DNA of 51,794 nt from positions 1 through 51,794 of the IMG/VR virus record IMGVR_UViG_3300005573_000013, one strand, 5' to 3'. A program made the translations under genes and the position numbers. This DNA is from a virus (lineage: Duplodnaviria > Caudoviricetes). How positions within the stretch are numbered: position 1 is the first letter of the stretch; every line of letters starts with the position of its first letter. The notes beneath the pieces were generated by a model. That model was not told the origin of the DNA. It saw nothing but the letters and a program-made list of their open reading frames with translations, and searched no databases. This document shows, piece after piece, positions 1-8,135 of this stretch.

Positions 1-121
1 ACACGACCCCGTAACTTTGGACGCAAACGCTGATGCTTTTTTGTCTTTATCTACCCAAGAGATTGGTTTAGATGACCAGAATGCCAATCTTGTTTTTGCC
101 TCTCCTGTTGATGCGGCGGGG
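1..121. repeat. Terminal direct repeat, left copy (most likely assembly circularisation overlap)
   Basis: Identical to 51674-51794; lies inside a reading frame that is continuous across the junction. Confidence 0.95.
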
Positions 122-3100
122 ACACCCGCCTTTCGTTCATTGGTAGCCGCCGATATTCCAGACCTCTCGGGAACTTATGCCCCCCTGGCTCACAATCAAG
201 CGTGGTCAACGATTACCGAAACACCCACGACTATCGCTGGTTATGGGATTACTGATGCTTTGGTTTTGGGCGAAACCTCGGTAACCGCCTATCGTGGCGA
301 TAGGGGTAAAACTGCTTATGACCATACTTTTTTAACTAATAATCCTCACTCTGTAACTGCCGCCCAAGTCGGGGCGGTGGCGCTGACAGGTGCGGAAACG
401 ATAGATGGAGTTAAAACCTTTACTTCTTTTCCAGTTACGCCTTCAGCTTCACCAACATCTAATTATCAGGTTGCTAATAAAGCATATGTTGATGCGATTG
501 CTTTGGGACTTACTTGGAAGCAACCAGTTTTAGATAAAGATTTATCCACTCCGCCAGGCTCTCCGAATTCTGGAGATAGATATATTGTTAAATCTCCGGG
601 TGCTGGGGCGTGGTCAGGGCACGATAACGATATTGCCGAATGGAACGGAACGAGTTGGGACTTTGCCGATGCCGTTAATGGTTGGGCGGTAATCACTTTA
701 GACGATAACAAGGGTTGGACTTGGGACGGGACAAATTGGATTCAGTTTACAGCTTCCGAAGTTTATACTGCTTCTTTGGGCGTTGAAAAGGTCGGTAATG
801 ATTTTAGGGCGGATTTATCAGCAACGGGGGCTTTGGGACTGACTGGTAATGAATTAAAAATCAATGTCGATGACTCTTCAATTGGTATTTCGGGAAATGC
901 TCTTTATGTCAAGAATCTCGGAATTACTAATGCGATGCTGGCTGGTTCGATAGACGATACTAAATTAAATACAATCACCACTACCAACAAGGTTAACTGG
1001 TCGGCGGTTAACAAGACGGGTTCGGTTTTAAACGATATCGCCGATGTTAATGCCCCTTCGCCATCGGACAATCAGGCACTCACTTGGGATGCCGCCACGA
1101 GTAAGTGGGTGCCAGAAACCATTTCTGGCGGGGGCGGTAGTTCGTCTTCAACTATTGTGATAGATATTGATGTTATCAGTTATGCCCGAACCACTACAAC
1201 CGAAGTCACTTCCCAGTGGACGAATATGCCTGCGGCAACTACGGAATTATTCGACTCGACTTTTACCCGCTTTAGGTTAGATACGACCAATGCTTCTCAA
1301 TATAGAATCTGGGTTTATCAACAAGTGGCGGGTGCTGCTGGAGCGGATTTCAACTTACAATACTCGACTGATAATGGTTCAACTTGGAATGCCTGCGATA
1401 CTGGAGGGGCGGGTGAACTTGATGTCGGCACGGGAACGGGCTACAAATACGGCAATTTCGCTGATTTAGTTTCGGGAGCAAAGGGCGATTATCTCTTTAG
1501 GATTGTTGGTAAACAAGGTAACGGGACAGCTGACCCCTCGTGGAGACAGATTCACGTCCAATTCAAGGTTCCTGGCGGTGATGCTCTTACTTTTCAAAAC
1601 TCAATCACTAAATCGGGCACGACTGTTAGTTTGGTTAATGATTCGGCTTCGCCTGGAAACTTAAAATACTATGGCACTAATGTTAGTGGCGTTAAAGGAT
1701 TTTTTGACTTGCCCAGCGGCGGTGCGAGTGTCTGGGGGGCAATTACAGGAACGCTTTCTGACCAGACAGACCTAAAGAATGCTTTGGATTTGAAGGCGGA
1801 TATTTCTTCATTGGCGGCCGTCGCAACCTCTGGTTCATATAATGATTTATCGGATAAACCCTCAATTCCCTCACAATACACCGATGAGATGGCCCAGGAC
1901 GCAGTGGGGGGAATTTTAACCGATACGCCCACAATTGACTTTACTTATTCCGATGTGGGCAACACCATTCAGGCCGATGTCAAAGATAGTTCAATCACCT
2001 ATGCCAAAATCCAAAATGTCTCGGCAACTGATAAGATACTTGGTAGGGTTTCGGCTGGAGCGGGAGTAATAGAGGAGATTACCTGCACTTCTTTTGGTCG
2101 TTCTTTAATTGACGACGCCGATGCGGCAACGGCGAGGACGACGCTTGGGCTTGTAATCGGGACTAATGTTCAGGCTTGGGATGCCGATTTGGATACTTGG
2201 GCAACCAAAACTGCTCCTTCAGGAACGGTTGTTGGAACGTCGGATACTCAAACTTTAACAAACAAGACCTTGATAGATGCTTTCACTTATTTTGCTGATG
2301 ATTTAGACAATACCAAAAAACTTCAATTACAATTATCGGGAATCACGACGGCGACGACCCGAACCTTAACAATTCAAGATGTATCAGGAACCGTCTATGT
2401 TTCGGGCGGGACGGATATACCAATTGCCGACGGAGGAACGGGAGCATCTGATGCCGCCACCGCTCGAACCAATCTTGGATTGGGAACAATCGCCACCCAA
2501 AATGCTAACAGTGTCTCCATCACTGGAGGCTCAATTTCAGGGATAACCGACCTGACTGTAGCCGATGGCGGAACAGGAGCGTCAACTGCATCGGCGGCAA
2601 GGACTAATTTAGGATTGGCAATCGGTTCGGATGTTGAGGCTTACCTTGGTAATCCTTCTGCCGATGGCTATGTTTTGTCCTCTACTGCGGCAGGAGTTAG
2701 AAGTTGGGTTCCTCAAAGTGGAGGTGGTGGCGGCGGATATGCCACAATTCAAGAGGAAGGAACTCCTCTTACTCAAAGGACAGTAATGAACTTTATCGGA
2801 GCGGGTATTACCGCTTCCGACGATGCTGCTAATTCAAGAACCAACATTACATTAGATGCCACCTTAAATAGTTTATCTGCTCTTGGAACAGCCGCAAATA
2901 AGATGGCTTACACTACAGATGTAGATACTTGGGCTGAGGCAACAATTACTTCATTTGGCAGAAGTTTAATAGATGATGCTGATGCGGCAACGGCGAGGGC
3001 AACTTTGGGGGCAACTACAGTCGGAGGCAATCTTTTTACTTTGACCAATCCTTCGGCAATAACCTTTTTGAGACTAAATGCTGACAACTCGGTTTCTGCT

Positions 3101-4471
3101 TTAAGTTCGGCTAACTTTAGAACTGCGCTTGGTTTAGGGACAGGAGATAGCCCGACTTTTGCGGGATTGACAGCAACTGGCAAAATTTCTGTTGATTTTG
3201 CTGCTAATACGGCTGATTTGCTCTTTTTAAGAGACTCTACTCCAGGAACCCAACCATTTGCTATTTCCAGACCCGACTCGACAACTTACAGGATGTATAC
3301 TTCAAGTTCATCTAACTTTCTGTTAGACCTGACTAATACAGGCTCGGGTATGTTTTCGTTTAGAACCAAAGGCTTTCTTAATGTTGGAACTAATAACCTT
3401 GCTTCAACAACAGGACATATCGGGGCTGACCGCCTTATCCTCAATGCCAACTGCTACCTTGACGGAGCGGTAAGCGGAGCGGGACTTCTATTCGGCGACT
3501 TCTTCTACGGCGGAAGCACTGTTGCGACCAAGCACTATGCTACCGCTTATTCAGCCACAATAAACGCCAATGACATTCTTCAGATAGGTACGGCAACAAT
3601 CGCAGGCAGTTCTCGGAATGTGACAATAGTTGGCGAGGTCAGGGTTGTCACAAGCCAAAATACGGGTGTTACTCGTTTTGTTTTAGGAATTAGGTCAAAC
3701 ACTATACCGTCAATGTATTTTTCCTTTACCCAAGAGAAGTTAAATCAAGGAGTATCTACGACAGTAACTCCTTATTACAAAGATAATGGTGATGGCACAG
3801 TATCTGTAGTCTTAACCTGTTCCTCGGCTTCGGCTCTTCACAATGTCGGTTGGTCTATTCTGGTGATGGAAAGAAGCACCTATAACTGTTTCCAGAACAC
3901 CACTACTTATACCATTTTTAATCCTTCAGGATATACGCAAGTATCTGAAGATACTACGAGAACTCTTACTGTAAGTGCAGATAGACTACCAAGCGTTGAC
4001 TCTACCTTTGATTTGGGTAGTTCTTCGTTACGCTGGGATAATGGTTACTTCAAACATCTTAATGTAACTGATGAACTTGCCTCGACTATTCATACTTTTA
4101 CTTTTATCTTACCAGGCACGCAATCAGTCGGCACAAACAAACTTGGTTCGCAGATAATCATTCCTTTTGCCTGCACAATTTTGAAAGCCCAAGCAAATGC
4201 GGGAGTTGCTCCGTCTGGGGCGGCTTTAATCTTTGATATCAACTATGACTCAGGTGGCGGGGCGGATGATGGGGGAACAACTATCTGGTCAACCCAAGCG
4301 AATAGACTTCAAATCGCCTCTGGGGCATATACAGCCTCCACCACTACTTTTAATACTACTTCATTGGCACAAGGCGGGACTTTGACAATAGATGTTGACC
4401 AGGTCGGTTCAACAACGGCAGGTTCAAATGTTTGTGTAACACTTGTTTGTAAGAAAGTAGGAGCGGTATAA
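2..4471 (+). CDS. Large S/T/G-rich tail fibre / virion adhesin, 3' part (true start 51342; ~1600 aa)
   Basis: In frame with ATG 51342 across the junction; repeated fibre motifs (TSFGRSLIDDADAATARxTLG x2, ADGGTGASxAxxARTNLGL x2), DUF2793-like segment PPGSPNSGDRYIV..AWSGHDNDIAEW, poly-Gly hinges. Confidence 0.8.
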   Translation, partial: HDPVTLDANADAFLSLSTQEIGLDDQNANLVFASPVDAAGTPAFRSLVAADIPDLSGTYAPLAHNQAWSTITETPTTIAGYGITDALVLGETSVTAYRGDRGKTAYDHTFLTNNPHSVTAAQVGAVALTGAETIDGVKTFTSFPVTPSASPTSNYQVANKAYVDAIALGLTWKQPVLDKDLSTPPGSPNSGDRYIVKSPGAGAWSGHDNDIAEWNGTSWDFADAVNGWAVITLDDNKGWTWDGTNWIQFTASEVYTASLGVEKVGNDFRADLSATGALGLTGNELKINVDDSSIGISGNALYVKNLGITNAMLAGSIDDTKLNTITTTNKVNWSAVNKTGSVLNDIADVNAPSPSDNQALTWDAATSKWVPETISGGGGSSSSTIVIDIDVISYARTTTTEVTSQWTNMPAATTELFDSTFTRFRLDTTNASQYRIWVYQQVAGAAGADFNLQYSTDNGSTWNACDTGGAGELDVGTGTGYKYGNFADLVSGAKGDYLFRIVGKQGNGTADPSWRQIHVQFKVPGGDALTFQNSITKSGTTVSLVNDSASPGNLKYYGTNVSGVKGFFDLPSGGASVWGAITGTLSDQTDLKNALDLKADISSLAAVATSGSYNDLSDKPSIPSQYTDEMAQDAVGGILTDTPTIDFTYSDVGNTIQADVKDSSITYAKIQNVSATDKILGRVSAGAGVIEEITCTSFGRSLIDDADAATARTTLGLVIGTNVQAWDADLDTWATKTAPSGTVVGTSDTQTLTNKTLIDAFTYFADDLDNTKKLQLQLSGITTATTRTLTIQDVSGTVYVSGGTDIPIADGGTGASDAATARTNLGLGTIATQNANSVSITGGSISGITDLTVADGGTGASTASAARTNLGLAIGSDVEAYLGNPSADGYVLSSTAAGVRSWVPQSGGGGGGYATIQEEGTPLTQRTVMNFIGAGITASDDAANSRTNITLDATLNSLSALGTAANKMAYTTDVDTWAEATITSFGRSLIDDADAATARATLGATTVGGNLFTLTNPSAITFLRLNADNSVSALSSANFRTALGLGTGDSPTFAGLTATGKISVDFAANTADLLFLRDSTPGTQPFAISRPDSTTYRMYTSSSSNFLLDLTNTGSGMFSFRTKGFLNVGTNNLASTTGHIGADRLILNANCYLDGAVSGAGLLFGDFFYGGSTVATKHYATAYSATINANDILQIGTATIAGSSRNVTIVGEVRVVTSQNTGVTRFVLGIRSNTIPSMYFSFTQEKLNQGVSTTVTPYYKDNGDGTVSVVLTCSSASALHNVGWSILVMERSTYNCFQNTTTYTIFNPSGYTQVSEDTTRTLTVSADRLPSVDSTFDLGSSSLRWDNGYFKHLNVTDELASTIHTFTFILPGTQSVGTNKLGSQIIIPFACTILKAQANAGVAPSGAALIFDINYDSGGGADDGGTTIWSTQANRLQIASGAYTASTTTFNTTSLAQGGTLTIDVDQVGSTTAGSNVCVTLVCKKVGAV

Positions 4472-5035
4472 ATGTATCTTTCAATGAATTTCTTATCAGT
4501 GGCAAGTCCAAGTTCAACCCATATCGCCAGAGATATTGATGAGTCTGCTTTACCGCCAGCCGCACCGTCTACTTCGGCGGGAAGCGAATTTGCAAGCAGT
4601 GACTACACGGCGATTTCGGCATCAGACGACAGCAGGGTGACAAGTAACGCCGCCACGAACAAATATCCCTGCCATCAGTTTATGTATCAGATACCTTCGG
4701 CGTTTCTTAATTACAAAAAAAGCATTCTGGAAATCAAATGGACATACGAAGGATACGGAGGAAAGAATTTACAAGGAACATATTCATATTCTACCTATGT
4801 CTATATCTGGAACGCCAGCACAAGTGCTTGGGTTCAAATCGCTAATTACACGACTGGAAGCGATGTAACTACTGTTTATTCAGTCACAAGCAACATTTCA
4901 AATTATATTGATTCAAACAACAGAATTTGGCTGAAGGCGATGTCTGGATATTCCGCACCAAGCCAGGGAACTTCCTTTATCATAACCGACTTCGCCAAAT
5001 GCGAATTATTCATAGCCGAAGCACAGATAATTTAA
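4472..5035 (+). CDS. Putative virion/fibre-associated beta-rich protein
   Basis: ATG abuts the fibre stop; S/T/Y-rich 187 aa. Confidence 0.55.
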   Translation: MYLSMNFLSVASPSSTHIARDIDESALPPAAPSTSAGSEFASSDYTAISASDDSRVTSNAATNKYPCHQFMYQIPSAFLNYKKSILEIKWTYEGYGGKNLQGTYSYSTYVYIWNASTSAWVQIANYTTGSDVTTVYSVTSNISNYIDSNNRIWLKAMSGYSAPSQGTSFIITDFAKCELFIAEAQII

Positions 5036-5048
5036 GAAAGGAGATAAA

Positions 5049-5231
5049 ATGACTTTAGAAGAAAAGAAGGCAAAACTTGAGGAGTTAATCCCTCAATGGA
5101 CAAAACTGGGAAACGCTATTGACGCCTTACGCAGAGAAATCAACGAAGAAGAAAACCCGCCCGAAACGAGTGAGGAGTTGGTGGCGGAGGTAGAAAGTGT
5201 TTTGATAACCAAATCAGAGGTTATCGAATGA
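5049..5231 (+). CDS. Hypothetical small coiled-coil protein
   Basis: AAGGAG SD upstream; ATGA overlap with the next gene. Confidence 0.65.
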   Translation: MTLEEKKAKLEELIPQWTKLGNAIDALRREINEEENPPETSEELVAEVESVLITKSEVIE

Positions 5232-5452
5232 TGACTGCCAAGATTATTAAAATCTATTCCACTCCCAAGTGCGCGGAGTGTTTACGAGTTAAAGATTACC
5301 TTGACGAAAAAAGATTATTCTATCAGGAAGTGAATATGACAAAATTATCACCCCAGGATCAAGCAAAATTAAAGATATTCAGCGTGCCTGTAATTGAGGT
5401 CGACGGCAAACGCTACTATTCGTTAAGAGAGTTTAAGGAGAAGTATGAATGA
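5228..5452 (+). CDS. Glutaredoxin/NrdH-like protein
   Basis: IYSTPKCAEC CxxC motif and cis-Pro motif SVPVIEVDG. Confidence 0.8.
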   Translation: MMTAKIIKIYSTPKCAECLRVKDYLDEKRLFYQEVNMTKLSPQDQAKLKIFSVPVIEVDGKRYYSLREFKEKYE

Positions 5453-5651
5453 TTTAGTAAAATTAGCCCAGTATGGAAGTGCTGGGGTGGCAATTGCTTT
5501 AATCATTGCCTTTACCTATATCGTTTGTAAGTTAGTGCCACTTTTCATTCAATCACTGAACGCCAACACCAAAGCGACGATTGAGATGTATGAGTTTTTG
5601 AAAAATCTAAACGGGAAAATTAAGGAAGCAATCAGAAAGAAAACAAAATGA
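5445..5651 (+). CDS. Holin-like single-TM protein
   Basis: One hydrophobic helix, basic C-terminus, upstream of the endolysin. Confidence 0.55.
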   Translation: MNDLVKLAQYGSAGVAIALIIAFTYIVCKLVPLFIQSLNANTKATIEMYEFLKNLNGKIKEAIRKKTK

Positions 5652-5734
5652 TTGACGAAAACATTCCATCAATTATCATCTGGATATTTTTCCTGATTAT
5701 CTTTTTGGGTGTATTATTGTATGTGAGGAGGTAA
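5648..5734 (+). CDS. 28-aa membrane peptide MIDENIPSIIIWIFFLIIFLGVLLYVRR (not in ORF track)
   Basis: ATGA overlap with the upstream stop; exactly fills the gap to the endolysin. Confidence 0.5.
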   Translation: MIDENIPSIIIWIFFLIIFLGVLLYVRR

Positions 5735-5735
5735 T

Positions 5736-6473
5736 TTGACGCTTGATGAATTCATCAAGAGGTATGATGACACCTATCTTGAGTTCGATGGGGCTTTTAA
5801 GTATCAGTGCCAAGATTTGGCGAAGGCTTGGGAGGCGGAAAATGGCTGGCCGATTATCAGAGGGAATGCCAATCAAGTAATTAACAACGCTCCAAAAGAT
5901 TTTTATGAGGTAGTCGATAAACCTCAAAGGGGCGATTTGGTTGTCTGGAATATCGGAGATTATGGTCATATCGCCGTGTTTGTAGAGCCGACGGCTGATG
6001 GCTTCATCTCGTTTGACCAGAATTATCCTGTGGGAACGCCTTGCCATCTTCAAAAGCATACCTACAAAAATATATTAGGTTATTTAAGACCGAAAGGAGA
6101 AACAATGACCGAAGAACAAAAACATCGTGAAGCGGTGGAGTGGGCGTTCCGATCAATTTATATGAAAGAACCCACTAAAGCCAAGATTGACTATATCATT
6201 GCCCAGCCAGATGGCGGAGACATTATGAAAGTCCGCCAAGCAATGATTGACGAGGTGTGTGCGGGAAAGTTAGTCGAACAGGAGAAGCAATTGACCGCCA
6301 AATGCCAAAATCAGTTATTGGAACAGGCTGCCAAGTTAAATGCCGACTGTCAAAAGAGAGTTAATGAAGCTATTGAGATTGGGCAAAAGAGCGTTGTCTG
6401 TCCTGATATTGATAAGTTGGGTGCGGGCGAGTTGATTGCGATGGGATTGAGAAAGTGGTTGGGAATTAAATAA
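5736..6473 (+). CDS. CHAP-domain endolysin with C-terminal coiled coil
   Basis: QCQDL (Cys), GDLVVW, YGHIAV (His), DQNY motifs; GAGGAGG SD before a TTG start. Confidence 0.85.
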   Translation: MTLDEFIKRYDDTYLEFDGAFKYQCQDLAKAWEAENGWPIIRGNANQVINNAPKDFYEVVDKPQRGDLVVWNIGDYGHIAVFVEPTADGFISFDQNYPVGTPCHLQKHTYKNILGYLRPKGETMTEEQKHREAVEWAFRSIYMKEPTKAKIDYIIAQPDGGDIMKVRQAMIDEVCAGKLVEQEKQLTAKCQNQLLEQAAKLNADCQKRVNEAIEIGQKSVVCPDIDKLGAGELIAMGLRKWLGIK

Positions 6474-6490
6474 TTATGTTAACAATATAA

Positions 6491-6561
6491 GGGGGCGGGT
6501 TATGACTATGCCTTACAACAAGGCAATTCCACGGGAGAGTTGCGTCCTCTAACCCGCCCCC
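6491..6561 (+). ncRNA. 71-nt closed multibranch RNA element
   Basis: Perfect 12-bp stem GGGGGCGGGTTA/TAACCCGCCCCC enclosing a TGCCTT/AAGGCA hairpin. Confidence 0.5.
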
Positions 6562-6587
6562 AGAACCTTGACAAAGGAGACAGGAGA

Positions 6588-7340
6588 ATGCGGTATTACA
6601 CGGTTAAGGTTGACAAGCCGAAAATCTATCTTATCCCCTTTTCCGATACTCACTTCGGAAGAAAGGATATCGACGAGAAAGCCATCAGGGATTATGTTGA
6701 CTGGATTAAGCGAACCCCAGAAGCCTATGTCTGGTTGAACGGCGATTTGATTGAGTGTATCCCCAGAGACTCGCCAGGCGACATCTACGACCTCCAGTTG
6801 GTTTCGGCTGATGCCCAGATAGAAAGGGTCAGTGAGGTTTTCAAGCCCATCAGAGGGAAAATCATTGCCATAGTTTCGGGCAATCACGAAAATCGGGTGT
6901 ATGATAAGACTGGCGTTGATGTCAGCCGAGCCATCGCCAAAGAACTTGGCATTCAGAAATACTACGATGGCGTGGCGGTGATGGTGAGGCTCATCGTCGG
7001 CAAGGAAACCTATTATGTCTACGGCACGCACGGCTTCACGCTGGCTCGAACCGTCGGCGCTAAAGCCAATTCCTTTGAGTGGATGATGGGAAATGTTGAA
7101 GCCGATGTCTACATCATCAGCCACTCACACTCCAAGTTGACCTACTCAAGAGAAAGAGTTTATCCCCTGATAAGACCAATGAGGCTTCAGATGAGAAAGA
7201 AGTTGGGGGTGATGTCCAGCAGTTGGTCTTACTGGTATCGCAACAGTTATGTTGAAAGACGACAGTTCATTCCGCCGTCGAGGGGAACGGCGAGAATTCG
7301 CTTGGATGGGCGACGATGGGACGTTCACTGCTCGATTTGA
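6588..7340 (+). CDS. Calcineurin-like metallophosphoesterase
   Basis: SDTHFG, NGDLIE, GNHE, THG and SHSH motifs; AGGAG SD before ATG 6588. Confidence 0.88.
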   Translation: MRYYTVKVDKPKIYLIPFSDTHFGRKDIDEKAIRDYVDWIKRTPEAYVWLNGDLIECIPRDSPGDIYDLQLVSADAQIERVSEVFKPIRGKIIAIVSGNHENRVYDKTGVDVSRAIAKELGIQKYYDGVAVMVRLIVGKETYYVYGTHGFTLARTVGAKANSFEWMMGNVEADVYIISHSHSKLTYSRERVYPLIRPMRLQMRKKLGVMSSSWSYWYRNSYVERRQFIPPSRGTARIRLDGRRWDVHCSI

Positions 7341-7621
7341 GGTTTCTACAGGTTATCTGCGCTCTGCGGAAAAGTCGTCTTTACGAGAGACGACTTTCGG
7401 ACATCTACGGCAAGTGTTACAAACAGAAAATCACGATTGATAGTGAGCTTCATACTGTGATGAAGTTAAGAACCCTTCTCCACGAAGGTCTCCACCTTGC
7501 CTATCCTAACTGGTCGGAGAAAAGAGTCGTCGCCACCGAGAAAGAAATCTGGCGACGAATTACCGCCAGACAGGTAGAGAAATTAGCAAGGATTTACCGA
7601 CGAATTAAGGGGGCGGCTTGA
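7337..7621 (+). CDS. Small HEXXH zincin-like protein
   Basis: TLLHEGLH motif; TTGA overlap with the upstream stop gives the likely start. Confidence 0.6.
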   Translation: MRFLQVICALRKSRLYERRLSDIYGKCYKQKITIDSELHTVMKLRTLLHEGLHLAYPNWSEKRVVATEKEIWRRITARQVEKLARIYRRIKGAA

Positions 7622-7638
7622 GACCGCCCCCACAATCC

Positions 7639-7814
7639 TTAAGGTTCTGGGTGCTGGGTTGGCCCAAAAAGACCCTCGCTATGGGGTTACGGCAGGCTTA
7701 ATCCCCTAAAGGGAAGCGGTCGTTCCTGCCTAAACAATCAAATCAGTAGCAGGCAGGTTATAGGGATTTATCGGCCGTAAAATTTGTCCCTATACCCAGC
7801 ACTGAGAACCTTAA
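7639..7814 (+). ncRNA. 176-nt multibranch structured RNA
   Basis: ~20-bp closing stem 7639-7659/7794-7814 with three internal hairpins; intergenic. Confidence 0.6.
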
Positions 7815-7826
7815 AAGGGGAAAGCA

Positions 7827-7991
7827 ATGGCGACAATCGAGTTGACCCTGAAGTGTCAGAGGTGTGATACGGACTTACAGCCGTATTACATCACCGCCAA
7901 GAGGCGGGTGTTCAGGTGTCCCGCCTGTCATCTCCTTTATCTTGTTGTTATTGAAGTTTGCTTGATACTAGAAAAGGAGGTGAGAACTTGA
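7827..7991 (+). CDS. 54-aa zinc-ribbon protein (not in ORF track)
   Basis: MATIELTLKCQRC...FRCPACH, two CxxC pairs. Confidence 0.65.
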   Translation: MATIELTLKCQRCDTDLQPYYITAKRRVFRCPACHLLYLVVIEVCLILEKEVRT

Positions 7992-8038
7992 GAAAGTTTC
8001 GTCGGTGGCTTCGAAAGAAGCACGCCAGAAAGGGGTAG
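7988..8038 (+). CDS. 16-aa highly basic micropeptide MRKFRRWLRKKHARKG
   Basis: AAGGAGGTGA SD; TTG start overlapping the upstream TGA. Confidence 0.4.
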   Translation: MRKFRRWLRKKHARKG

Positions 8039-8046
8039 TATCAATC

Positions 8047-8117
8047 GGGGCTGGCGGAATTGAACGGCGGCCACTATTCATAAGTGGCACTACCAAATTG
8101 GTGAAGCCGCCAGCCCC
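8047..8117 (+). ncRNA. 71-nt closed three-way-junction RNA element
   Basis: Perfect 11-bp stem GGGGCTGGCGG/CCGCCAGCCCC with inner GCCACT/AGTGGC and CCA-AAT-TGG hairpins. Confidence 0.5.
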
Positions 8118-8135
8118 TAATCTTTTGGGGAAATT

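Noticed and set aside
17-19. TTG at 17 as the fibre start
   Set aside because: The frame is open upstream across the junction to ATG 51342
1-121. Biological terminal repeat
   Set aside because: An exact 121-bp overlap in the middle of a gene is typical of assembler circularisation; it says nothing about packaging ends
2087-3010. DGR template/variable repeat pair in the fibre gene
   Set aside because: Differences are mostly synonymous and not adenine-specific; no reverse transcriptase in the genome
8047-8120. tRNA or tmRNA gene on the minus strand
   Set aside because: A GTTCAATT loop is present but the T-stem does not pair, and there is no proper D-arm or CCA
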